Below are positions 50,087-58,865 of a stretch of DNA of 64,000 bases, piece by piece (the first letter of the stretch is position 1; each line of letters starts with the position of its first letter). Below the pieces are notes generated by a model. That model made no database searches. It was not told the origin of the DNA and was given only the letters and a program-made list of their open reading frames with translations. This DNA is from an uncultured Oscillospiraceae bacterium (lineage in GTDB: Bacteria > Bacillota > Clostridia > Oscillospirales > QAMX01): NCBI GenBank assembly GCA_964439435.1, contig CAYTOF010000002.1:4033-68032 (forward strand), written 5' to 3'. Position numbers and translations under genes: made by a program.

Positions 50087-50201
50087 TGAAATCTCCTTTA
50101 TTATATCTTTGGCAATATCATGTAAAATAGCAATATAAAAACAGAAATTTGTATAATTTATGGATAACTGAAAGGAAACACAAGGCAAACATAAACGTAA
50201 C

Positions 50202-50666
50202 TTATAGGTTTGCCGATGAATTTACTACTACGATGGAAAATCCATTATAACCAGCAAAGGCGTTGTCTATTTCTATCGAATAGTCTACATTGAGTTGCCC
50301 GCCGTTTTCATCCAGTGTAGATTCCACTGCTGAGGCATTGACTCCAACTGTAATTGCTCCAACCGGTGTTTCATAAAGAGAAAGGTGCTTTTGCCCCTGT
50401 TCAAATACCATATGAGAGCTGACAAACCCTCTTCTCTCTACAGTGACTTTATTGTTTTCTACCATCACGGTTGTCTGTGTGCCGTCCATACCGGTCAATT
50501 CGCTTTCTGCATAGTGAAGGCTGTAGACGCCATTTTCAAATGAAAGACTGCCGCTTGTAACAAATTCAACCGTATCATTTTCGTCGTCTATTTGGCGTCT
50601 GTCACCTTTTATGGATATTATTACCGGTATTTTATTATAGTTGTCTTGAAAAGAGGTGTGCTCCAT
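50202..50666 (-). CDS. DUF1934 (YwiB-like) beta-barrel protein
   Basis: 154 aa whose sequence pattern (..ENGVYSLHYAESELTGMDGTQTTVMVENNKVTVERRG..) and position immediately upstream of argS match the conserved Firmicute ywiB-argS pairing. Confidence 0.7.
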   Translation of the reverse strand: MEHTSFQDNYNKIPVIISIKGDRRQIDDENDTVEFVTSGSLSFENGVYSLHYAESELTGMDGTQTTVMVENNKVTVERRGFVSSHMVFEQGQKHLSLYETPVGAITVGVNASAVESTLDENGGQLNVDYSIEIDNAFAGYNGFSIVVVNSSANL

Positions 50667-50769
50667 ATGATCTCCTGTTTTGTCATTAATGTGAGTGCAT
50701 ATTCAAAAGTTGTGCTACTTCGGATTTATTTTTGTATGGTAAGATAAAATAAAAACCAAAGCTTAGCAT

Positions 50770-51627
50770 TCAGTAATTTTCGATGTTAATTTTTATGGCA
50801 TTTATCTTTTTATCTTCTTTCAGAAAAATGCTTGCGGTTTTATTGAACTCATTGGGATCATCACTTGTATAAAAAGTAAGATTTCCCAGGAAAGAACTGC
50901 AAATACTTTCCATTTCAAGATTGGTTTTATCGCAAGAGAAATTTCGAGAATTTGACAACTCAGAATGCAATTGAATTGCTGCTTCTTTCCCCGAATCAAC
51001 TAATGCTACCTCATCTCCCAAAAATTTGGCTATCGCATCTGAAAGCAGTGGATAGTGAGTACATCCAAGGATAAGGGTGTCAACTTCTGCAGATCTTATC
51101 TCTGTCAGATATTCACGAACAAGTGTTTTTACGATTATATCGTCAGAATCTATTCGCCCGTTTTCGACAATAGGGACAAACAGAGGGCAGGCAACTGATA
51201 TAGTTTCACACAGAGGATTGATTTTAGTGATGTATCTTGCATATGCACCTGATCGTATTGTTGCAGTAGTAGCAATAACAGCGATTTTTTTATTCAAAGT
51301 GAGGCTCAAAGCTTTGTTTGCAGCAGGTAAAACCACGCCGGATATGGGTATATCAAATTCTGATTGCAAGATATCAAGAGCAGTGGCACTTACTGTGCCG
51401 CAGGCTATAAGAATATGTTTGATGTTTTTTGAAAGCAAAAAACGGACATTCTCTCTTGCATACCTAAGAATCGTTTCACGAGAACGCGTTCCATATGGGA
51501 CACGCGCAGTGTCACCAAAATATATGATATCTTCATGTGGTAGTATATGGGTAAGTTCTCGGACTGCGGTAAGGCCACCGAGCCCACTATCAAAAACACC
51601 GATAGGTCTTCTGTCAGTTGAAATCAT
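50770..51627 (-). CDS. murI: glutamate racemase
   Basis: IGVFDSGLGGLT N-terminus and the two catalytic Cys motifs IACGTVSA and LGCTHYPL. Confidence 0.92.
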   Translation of the reverse strand: MISTDRRPIGVFDSGLGGLTAVRELTHILPHEDIIYFGDTARVPYGTRSRETILRYARENVRFLLSKNIKHILIACGTVSATALDILQSEFDIPISGVVLPAANKALSLTLNKKIAVIATTATIRSGAYARYITKINPLCETISVACPLFVPIVENGRIDSDDIIVKTLVREYLTEIRSAEVDTLILGCTHYPLLSDAIAKFLGDEVALVDSGKEAAIQLHSELSNSRNFSCDKTNLEMESICSSFLGNLTFYTSDDPNEFNKTASIFLKEDKKINAIKINIENY

Positions 51628-51629
51628 GT

Positions 51630-52658
51630 CTAACCCTCAATTGCAAAGTAAATCAGTTTTGTAATAAGGTCTTTATATGGCAAACCAGAATGTTCAAATA
51701 GTTTTGGATACATTGAAATATCAGTAAAACCCGGAATTGTGTTTATTTCGTTAAAGACAATCGCATTGTCTGAGCGGCGCATAAAAAAGTCAACACGTGA
51801 AAGGCCACTACAATCGAGCAATTCATAAATTTGCAATGCTGTATTAGTTAGACGCTCTTTTGCTTCTAAAGGAATGTCAGGGTCGATGATTAGACCACTT
51901 GTGCCGTCAATGTATTTTGATTCATAGGTATAAAACTCTCGTGAAGGGATTATTTGACCGATACAAGATGGGATCGGATTTTTATTGCCAAGTATGGCTA
52001 TTTCAAGTTCATAGCCGTCGATAAACTCTTCCACCAAAACTCTTTGATCATAAATTGCTGCAAGCTTTAAAGCAGTATGCAGGCTGTTTTTATCCTTAGC
52101 TTTGGAAACTCCCACCGACGAACCGGTATTTGCCGGTTTTACAAAAACCGGGCATCCCAAAGTGAAGAATATATTATTTGCGAAATCGTCACTGTATTGT
52201 TCGATCTGTTCTTTTTTAAGGGCAATAAAACGAGCTTGCTGTATGCCTTCATGGGCACAAATGAGTTTTGTGAAAATCTTGTCCATACATATGGCGCTTG
52301 CTGTCATTTTGCAGCCGACAAATGGAATGCCTGCAAGCGTAAGAAAGCCCTGTAGAGCGCCATCTTCACCATTTTCGCCGTGTAATAAGGGAAATACACA
52401 ATCAGGTCGTTTAAAAGAATCGCGAGATGGAGACCACAACATCAAATTATTATTTGGCAAATTGGCCCAGTCTCCATTTTTTATTTGATCAGGGGAGGCA
52501 TCGGTTAAATACCAGTGTCCTTCTTTGGTTATTCCTGCAGCTGAAACCTCGAAAAGAGATTTGTCAATATTTTTAAGGACAGAGGCGGCGCTGGAGCAGG
52601 ACACATCGTGTTCCGGAGACATACCTCCAAAAAGGACAAGTACCGAGAGTTTTGACAT
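51630..52658 (-). CDS. ddl: D-alanine--D-alanine ligase
   Basis: LFGGMSPEHDVS N-terminus and an ATP-grasp core (VFVKPANTGSSVGVSKA, NEINTIPGFT). ATG at 52658 lies 8 nt after GGGAGG. Confidence 0.92.
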   Translation of the reverse strand: MSKLSVLVLFGGMSPEHDVSCSSAASVLKNIDKSLFEVSAAGITKEGHWYLTDASPDQIKNGDWANLPNNNLMLWSPSRDSFKRPDCVFPLLHGENGEDGALQGFLTLAGIPFVGCKMTASAICMDKIFTKLICAHEGIQQARFIALKKEQIEQYSDDFANNIFFTLGCPVFVKPANTGSSVGVSKAKDKNSLHTALKLAAIYDQRVLVEEFIDGYELEIAILGNKNPIPSCIGQIIPSREFYTYESKYIDGTSGLIIDPDIPLEAKERLTNTALQIYELLDCSGLSRVDFFMRRSDNAIVFNEINTIPGFTDISMYPKLFEHSGLPYKDLITKLIYFAIEG

Positions 52659-52784
52659 CACTATTACCTCCCAAATCATTCATATTATAATATCATATTA
52701 TGAATTCGGACGCAAGATATGTAGTCGCTTAGGTTACCGTTTGTATGGCAAATAAAACACAGTAAGGTATAATTGTTAGTTGAT

Positions 52785-54155
52785 TTATTTCAAGCCCATT
52801 ACGGCTTCTCTGAAAACATCGCCACGATGTTCAAAATTGGAAAACATATCAAATGAAGCGCTGGCAGGAGACAAGACAACAACATCGCCCTTGTTTGCGT
52901 GTTTATGTGCTGACTTTACTGCGTCAATCATATTTTCTGAAAATATTATAGTGGTATGTTGCTTGGAGTAGTGTGTCGAATTTTTTATTGCGTTTTCTAT
53001 TTCAGATGCCGTTTCTCCAATCAGAATTACGCATTTTGCTTTCTGAGCAAGGAAGTCTCCCAATTCAATAAAAGAGGTGTTTTTATTGCTTCCGCCGACT
53101 ATAGAGACAATACCGCTTTTAAAGACAGACAGAGCTGCAATCGATGTAGCGGGGGTAGTGTCTTTAGAAGAATTATAGTATTTTATATTATTTAACTCTC
53201 GCACCAGTTCAAGGCGGTGTGGTACTCCGGGAAAAATTCTTGCTACATTTGCAATATTGTCATGAGAAGCAAGCTCTTTAACTGCGGCTGCCGCAGCCAT
53301 GTAGTTTTCTGCGTTGTGTACACCTGGAAGTTTTATTTCTGACAATGGTATGATTTGTTTTCCTTGAAACGTTATCACATCATCTTCAATATAAAAATCA
53401 GCCCTACTGTCGGTTTTTGAAAATGTAATTGTCTTTCCGTGAGACAGGGGCGCAAAAGACGACACTGCCTTACAGTCGAGATTTAGCACTAACACATCAG
53501 AGGGTGATTGATTTTCGAAAATATTCATTTTTGCACGCACATACTCTGTCATTGAGTTATGGATATCGAGATGATTGGGAGTAATATTTGTGACAACAGC
53601 AGTGTTGGGGGAGTGAGTCATGTCCATTAATTGAAAACTGGACAACTCCACTACACAAATATCATCTTTTTTCATATTAGGTATTTCAGATAAAAGTGGT
53701 TTACCGATATTCCCACCCAAAAAAACATTATGGCCAGTATCCTGTAAAATCAAAGAAATTAAAGTTGATGTTGTTGTTTTTCCACTACTTCCGGTAATTC
53801 CTATAGTTCGGGTCGGACATAATTCAAAGAACAAATCCATCTCAGTGGTTATTTTTGTGCCCAGTGCATGTGCGCGAGCCAAAGCCGGTGAATTTGGCAA
53901 AAGGCTGGGTGTGCGAAAGACAATTTCCTCATTTAAATTTGACAGATAATCGGGACCACTGACAAATCTAAAATTATACAATGCCATATACCTTGCAAGA
54001 TGAGAGAGTGTGTCAATTGATTTTCTGTCATAAACAGTGATGCTTGCACCGACATCATGGAGTAATTCAATAAGGGGTATATTGCTGATTCCAGCACCCA
54101 CTATTCCGATGTTTTTGCCAGAGAGTGAAGAAAAATAATTAGCAAACTTCGACAT
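52785..54155 (-). CDS. murD: UDP-N-acetylmuramoylalanine--D-glutamate ligase
   Basis: 456 aa Mur ligase. GAGISN Rossmann motif, GITGSSGKTTTS P-loop and a C-terminal SPASASFD motif. Confidence 0.92.
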   Translation of the reverse strand: MSKFANYFSSLSGKNIGIVGAGISNIPLIELLHDVGASITVYDRKSIDTLSHLARYMALYNFRFVSGPDYLSNLNEEIVFRTPSLLPNSPALARAHALGTKITTEMDLFFELCPTRTIGITGSSGKTTTSTLISLILQDTGHNVFLGGNIGKPLLSEIPNMKKDDICVVELSSFQLMDMTHSPNTAVVTNITPNHLDIHNSMTEYVRAKMNIFENQSPSDVLVLNLDCKAVSSFAPLSHGKTITFSKTDSRADFYIEDDVITFQGKQIIPLSEIKLPGVHNAENYMAAAAAVKELASHDNIANVARIFPGVPHRLELVRELNNIKYYNSSKDTTPATSIAALSVFKSGIVSIVGGSNKNTSFIELGDFLAQKAKCVILIGETASEIENAIKNSTHYSKQHTTIIFSENMIDAVKSAHKHANKGDVVVLSPASASFDMFSNFEHRGDVFREAVMGLK

Positions 54156-54288
54156 TGCGCATCCTTCCTTTTATGTATTGTCATTCAAAAATAGCAATGC
54201 ACATCATGCTGCTTGTTTTTAAGTGAATTATATCCTTTAAATATAAAAAATTCAATGTGTAATATACTTACCATTTTGACAAAAAGGT

Positions 54289-54315
54289 AAAACCGGCACA
54301 GTGGCGGCCGGTTTT
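54289..54315 (-). terminator. Rho-independent terminator of secG
   Basis: AAAACCGGC (54289-54297) pairs with GCCGGTTTT (54307-54315). On the minus strand the stem is followed by TTTTACCTTTTT. Confidence 0.7.
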
Positions 54316-54397
54316 TCTAATTGAAAGATATTAGAAATATATAAATCAGCTGGAGTGATCTGTCGAAATCGTATAAAAAATGTACATGTGCAGTTTT

Positions 54398-54631
54398 TTA
54401 AAAAGCTGACAGTATGTTAAGCCCTATAGTAGCTATTACGAAAACAACGCCGGCTACGATAGTCAGCTTTTTCATTTTGGCATCAAAGTCACCGGTCTTT
54501 GATTTTGACAGGAAGGATTCCGCCGCCCCGCCTATTGAACCGAGTCCTTGTTTGCTTCCGCTTTGGAAGAGTATAGTAAGCACCAAAACAATAGAGCAAA
54601 GGAGCTGTATAATTGTAATCGCAATTCTCAT
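54398..54631 (-). CDS. secG: preprotein translocase subunit SecG
   Basis: 77 aa with two TM helices flanking a Gly-rich loop (LFQSGSKQGLGSIGGAAESF). Confidence 0.85.
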   Translation of the reverse strand: MRIAITIIQLLCSIVLVLTILFQSGSKQGLGSIGGAAESFLSKSKTGDFDAKMKKLTIVAGVVFVIATIGLNILSAF

Positions 54632-54854
54632 TCAAAACCACCCTTGAAATATTTAAGATAATAAAGTATTCTTGTAGTATGATAGCATATAATTAAGCTA
54701 TGTGCAAGCAAAACAGGAACAATTTTATTTAAATGGCACTTTCGTCAGTTGTTATTTTCCTATATGAAAACTTATGGTATTGCTTTTTAAATTATGATAA
54801 ACTTATGATGCGCAAAACACAGTGATTTGTGAAAAATTAGAGGAGGAATTTTTG

Positions 54855-55861
54855 ATGGAGTGCAAACACTTTACAGTACATGAAGAAGAGGGTAAATTTG
54901 CATGATGGCCGGCAAATCATGGTATCTGATCATTTGGAGAAGAAATTGTCGTTGGGTTCACGCAGGGAACTTTGGAAAAATCACGGGTAGAAGATGAGCA
55001 TAAAATAGATTATTCAAAACCGAGTTATTCAAGACAGAGCCGTTCTCTTGATGGCGAAAAGACTTGGATGATAGAAGAAATACCTGAACTTGGTAAAATC
55101 TCAAGGGATAGAATAACTGTTTTTAGTGGCAAATTAGACTTTTTGGATGCCGAAACAGCAATACGCTTTGTGCTTAAGGGTTTGGAGGCTGGGGCGATTT
55201 CACCGTTTTTCTATTCTAAAGACAGATGCAAAACATGGATTGGACCTTTTGAAACGCCTTCTATGGGTCTTTCGGGCATTTCTGCACGTACAGAGATTCT
55301 GCCTCTTTCGAAAAGTGAAGCATTGTTGTTTTTTGCATGTCCAAAAGCAGACGGACGGGAAGAATGTGCAGCTGTTGCAAAAATCAGCGAAGGAGGCCGT
55401 AGATTTGAGTTTTTATCTTATATCGGCGAAGAACCTCCGGGATTTACAATAATGCCTTCCGCCATCCGCCGTCAGAATGGCGAAATAATTGTTTTATTAC
55501 GAGAAGATGACAGATATGACAATCCGAACCGAGGAGCTAGATTCCCTCAATTCATAAGCGCGGATGAGGGAAAAACCTCCGTCAATGAAATTTTCTACAG
55601 ATGGTCGTTTATACCTGACATATGGATTTAGAGACAGTCCCCAAGGTGTAGCAATAAAGTACTCTGACAATGAAGGAAGGACGTGGAGCAAACGTTATAT
55701 GCTGAGAGATGATGGTGGAAATTACGATTTGGGATATACACGCATAACAGCACTGCCAAATGGGTAGGTCAATGCTAACAGCATATTATTATAACACCCA
55801 TTTGGATGGTGTGCGTGATATTTCTGCGACGATATTAAAATCTAAAATTCGTTTTATGTGA
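54855..55861 (+). pseudogene. BNR/Asp-box (sialidase-fold) protein gene, degraded by 2 nonsense codons and 2 frameshifts
   Basis: ATG at 54855 lies 8 nt after GAGGAGG. In-frame TGA codons occur at 54903-54905 and 54927-54929. The frame continues into track ORF 54972-55631, shifts near the A5 run at 55571-55575 into ORF 55564-55767, and shifts again at about 55765 into a third frame that ends at 55859-55861. Asp-box-like motifs are SLDGEKTW, SADEGKT and SDNEGRTW. Confidence 0.7.
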
Positions 55862-56011
55862 GACAACCAGATTGTTATTTAAAAATGACAAATCAAAATT
55901 CAAATTAAATGCAAATCCAAGCATTGATAAAGATGAAGCCGTTTGGAGGTTAATCTACAAGTTGTGCTGAAAAACCGCTTGCATTTGATCTGTCTTTCAG
56001 GGCCATTATAG

Positions 56012-56051
56012 TGTCCATGGAGATATAACGAATATTATATCTCCATGGACA
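56012..56051 (+). terminator. strong 17-bp perfect hairpin terminator
   Basis: TGTCCATGGAGATATAA (56012-56028) pairs with TTATATCTCCATGGACA (56035-56051) around a 6-nt loop, followed by TTTCTATATTT. Confidence 0.6.
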
Positions 56052-56122
56052 TTTCTATATTTAAGATAAATTAACACAAAAAGCGCCTCTGGGTTTTATA
56101 TGAATGCCTTTCGCAGCATTGT

Positions 56123-57292
56123 CTATTTTGAATATGCCCAGTCTGTAAAATAAACACCAAGTGATTCAAGCAACTCCAGTTTTTGAACTTCGCACCTCTC
56201 CATAATTCCAATCAACGTCTTGAAATTCGGACTCTCTGTGCCGGCAGCCAATATAATTGAGACTCTTTTACGTGCATGTGTGACCGCATCATCTAAACCT
56301 GCGGTGTTAAATGGATTCTGTTTTTCTGGGTCAAAGGCGGGATGGTAGTATTTAACTAGCTCTGCATAGTCTGTATCATAAAGTTGAAATATATCTATCA
56401 AACTTGAAAGAGATCCGGTTATGACATCTGGAGCGCTTCGATAAATACTGCCATATTTTGAAACCAAGGCATCCATTTTCAGGGCATATTGAGCAAAATT
56501 GTCAATGGAATTTTGGTTGATATAGTTTTCATATTCTAAATTTAATGCGCTGATGATTGTCAAAGCGCTTGTGTCATAGTCATGTTTTAGTTTAAGTGTA
56601 TATAAGGAAAAAAACAAAAAAGAGACAACAAGTAATATCAATGAAAATATACGCACAAATAAACCTGCTGTTTTGCTTAAAAACCTCTTAGAATACAACC
56701 ACATCAAAGTTAAGGGGAAAAGAATGGCAATCAAAATGACCACAAAAAAAACTTCATGATTTGCATAACTAAAAAACAAATCAAAAAAACTGCTTTTATC
56801 CTGTAAAGAGAGTTCGTATGTTTCTTTTATGGGGTAATATAAAAGCAGAAAGATTGGCACAAATACAGTAATTAAATTCAATAAGATGCTATGGAGTCTT
56901 CTATATGCGATAATACCTGCGACAACAGCTGAGAAAGCACAGAACAAATAAACAAGGTATTCAGGCTGTGGATATATTCGAAACATGACGAGCAAAGTGA
57001 CCATCATTAGGGCTATCCCGGAGACATTCATAAAAAAACGATTGAAGAGCATAAGTCCGTCAACAGACAAACCTGAACCTCTAAAGATTCTGCGATATTT
57101 CTTTGCTATTGCTGTATGAGGAGGTAAAGTCTTTACAGCTTCACGTTCAGACATACCTTGGTCAATTAGCACCCCAAGATCTCTGCTTATGTCGCCTCTT
57201 ATTTGCTTTTCAATATAAGTTTCCTCTTGATGATATGGCACGTCACGGAGCACCAGCATCGTGTATATTTCAGCAGGCGAATGGCGGGGCAT
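56123..57292 (-). CDS. polytopic membrane protein of unknown function with soluble N-terminal helical prefix domain
   Basis: About 389 aa. The N-terminal 70 aa or so are cytoplasmic and helical (..QIRGDISRDLGVLIDQGMSEREAVKTLPPHTAIAKKY), resembling the prefix domain found on anti-sigma/permease-like proteins. About 6 TM helices follow, then a C-terminal soluble domain of about 170 aa. ATG at 57292 follows GGGAGG. Confidence 0.5.
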   Translation of the reverse strand: MPRHSPAEIYTMLVLRDVPYHQEETYIEKQIRGDISRDLGVLIDQGMSEREAVKTLPPHTAIAKKYRRIFRGSGLSVDGLMLFNRFFMNVSGIALMMVTLLVMFRIYPQPEYLVYLFCAFSAVVAGIIAYRRLHSILLNLITVFVPIFLLLYYPIKETYELSLQDKSSFFDLFFSYANHEVFFVVILIAILFPLTLMWLYSKRFLSKTAGLFVRIFSLILLVVSFLFFSLYTLKLKHDYDTSALTIISALNLEYENYINQNSIDNFAQYALKMDALVSKYGSIYRSAPDVITGSLSSLIDIFQLYDTDYAELVKYYHPAFDPEKQNPFNTAGLDDAVTHARKRVSIILAAGTESPNFKTLIGIMERCEVQKLELLESLGVYFTDWAYSK

Positions 57293-57422
57293 ATTGATAC
57301 CTCCCGCTAATATTGATCGTTTTTGACATATTATCATATTATACCGTTATAGTCAAATTTGGCCAAATATGTTATAATATAGGCGATGTGGAATCAAAGA
57401 GTTAGATAGATCAGAGGAAAAT

Positions 57423-58865
57423 ATGGCCAAGCAAACAATAAATGAATTTATTATCGATCATGATGAAATAGATGTCGCAAAACAATATGAGCAGATGTCC
57501 TATGTGCGAAACTTGAATCAGAACATACACAATGGAAGTCCCTTGTGCTATATCGAGACATTTGGATGTCAGCAAAATGAAGCAGACAGCGAAATCATTA
57601 GAGGTATGACAACTGAGATGGGATATAAAAATGCCAAGTGTGCACAAGAGGCTGATTTGATCATATTCAACACCTGCGCTATTCGTGAAAATGCTGAGAA
57701 CCGTACATACGGAAACATTGGATCTGTCTTAAAATATAAAAGACAGAACCCTGAATTGATAATAGCGGTTTGTGGTTGCATGGCAGGACAAAAACATACT
57801 GCAGAAAAAATAAAAAAGAGCTATCCTGATGTGTCATTGGTTGTCGATACACATGCATTATACCTTTTCCCTGAGCTTCTGGCAAAAGCACTTATGGACA
57901 ACAGTCGAAGCTTTGCCTCCGGCAATGAAAAAGGCAGTATTGTCGAAGGAATGCCCAAGGAAAGAGAGCACAATGTCAAAGCATGGCTGTCAATAATGTA
58001 TGGTTGCAATAACTTTTGCAGTTATTGTGTGGTGCCATATGTGCGTGGACGCGAACGAAGCAGATCCGTTGATGATATCCTAGCAGAGGCAAAAACCATT
58101 ATTCAAAGCGATAGGAAAGAGATAACATTATTGGGGCAAAATGTAAATTCTTACAGAGGAAATACTAAAGGATTTGGATTTTCAGATCTTTTAAGAGAAG
58201 TAAATAGTCTTCCGGGAGAATTCTTAATCAGATTTATGTCGAGCCATCCAAAAGATGCATCGCATGAGCTTTTTGAAGTGATGGCAGAATGCGAAAAGGT
58301 GGCTCCGTTATTGCATTTACCTTTTCAATCAGGAAGCGACGCTGTGCTGAAACGAATGAACAGAGGCTATACTGCGGGGTATTATCGAGAGCTAATAAAT
58401 GCAGCGCGTGAAGCAATCCCAAATCTCACTGTCACAAGTGATGTTATCGTTGGGTTCCCGGGCGAAAGCGAAAAAGACTTTTTAGATACAATGAAGCTTG
58501 TTGAAGAACTCGAATTTGACTCACTTTTTACCTTTATATATTCACCACGTAAGGGAACCGCTGCTGAAAAAATGATTGACACGACACCTGTCAGTGAAAA
58601 ATCACGGAGATTTTCAGAGCTATTGGAATTGCAAAACTCCATTTCGCATAAGAAACACTCACTGCTAGTTGGGAGCACTCAAAGAGTCCTTGTCGATGGC
58701 AGAGCAACAGAAAAACCGGGATATCTAACTTCGCGTACACCAGGTGGAAGACTTGTAATATTCGAAGGGAAAGATGAAAGTATTGGACACTTTATAAATG
58801 TAGAAATAGTTAACAATTCAACTTGGTCTTTTATAGGAAGATTGCCGATAAAGAGGACAAATTAG
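57423..58865 (+). CDS. miaB: tRNA (N6-isopentenyl adenosine(37)-C2)-methylthiotransferase
   Basis: 480 aa. UPF0004 N-domain Cys residues (TFGCQQNEADSE, NTCAIRE, CGC), the radical-SAM CNNFCSYCVVP motif and a C-terminal TRAM domain. Confidence 0.92.
   Translation: MAKQTINEFIIDHDEIDVAKQYEQMSYVRNLNQNIHNGSPLCYIETFGCQQNEADSEIIRGMTTEMGYKNAKCAQEADLIIFNTCAIRENAENRTYGNIGSVLKYKRQNPELIIAVCGCMAGQKHTAEKIKKSYPDVSLVVDTHALYLFPELLAKALMDNSRSFASGNEKGSIVEGMPKEREHNVKAWLSIMYGCNNFCSYCVVPYVRGRERSRSVDDILAEAKTIIQSDRKEITLLGQNVNSYRGNTKGFGFSDLLREVNSLPGEFLIRFMSSHPKDASHELFEVMAECEKVAPLLHLPFQSGSDAVLKRMNRGYTAGYYRELINAAREAIPNLTVTSDVIVGFPGESEKDFLDTMKLVEELEFDSLFTFIYSPRKGTAAEKMIDTTPVSEKSRRFSELLELQNSISHKKHSLLVGSTQRVLVDGRATEKPGYLTSRTPGGRLVIFEGKDESIGHFINVEIVNNSTWSFIGRLPIKRTN

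Noticed and set aside
48392-50188. The track ORF gives ArgS a 34-aa N-terminal extension (MPCVSFQLSINYTNF...), and gives the Hcy methyltransferase a 17-aa extension that overlaps argS.
   Set aside because: The internal ATGs at 50086 and 48344 have good RBSs (AAAGGAG, AGGTGA), and the extensions do not resemble known N-termini.
51077-51664. Long antisense ORFs lie opposite well-supported genes: 195 aa opposite murI here, and similar cases at 23039-23590, 6058-6552, 41640-42125, 24400-24879, 31636-32106, 45950-46432 and 62200-62670.
   Set aside because: Their translations are low-complexity or compositionally odd, they lack RBS or start context, and each fully overlaps a gene with strong family motifs. 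I treat them as shadow ORFs.
54903-54929. The two in-frame TGA codons in the sialidase-like gene fall around the conserved WPANHGIWS region. This raised the idea of TGA-to-Trp/Gly recoding (genetic code 4 or 25) or selenocysteine.
   Set aside because: TGA clearly terminates well-conserved genes in this window (trpS at 912-914, hisG at 28408-28410, mutL at 63541-63543). The same gene uses TGG for Trp and also carries two frameshifts. Ordinary nonsense mutations in a pseudogene explain this most simply.
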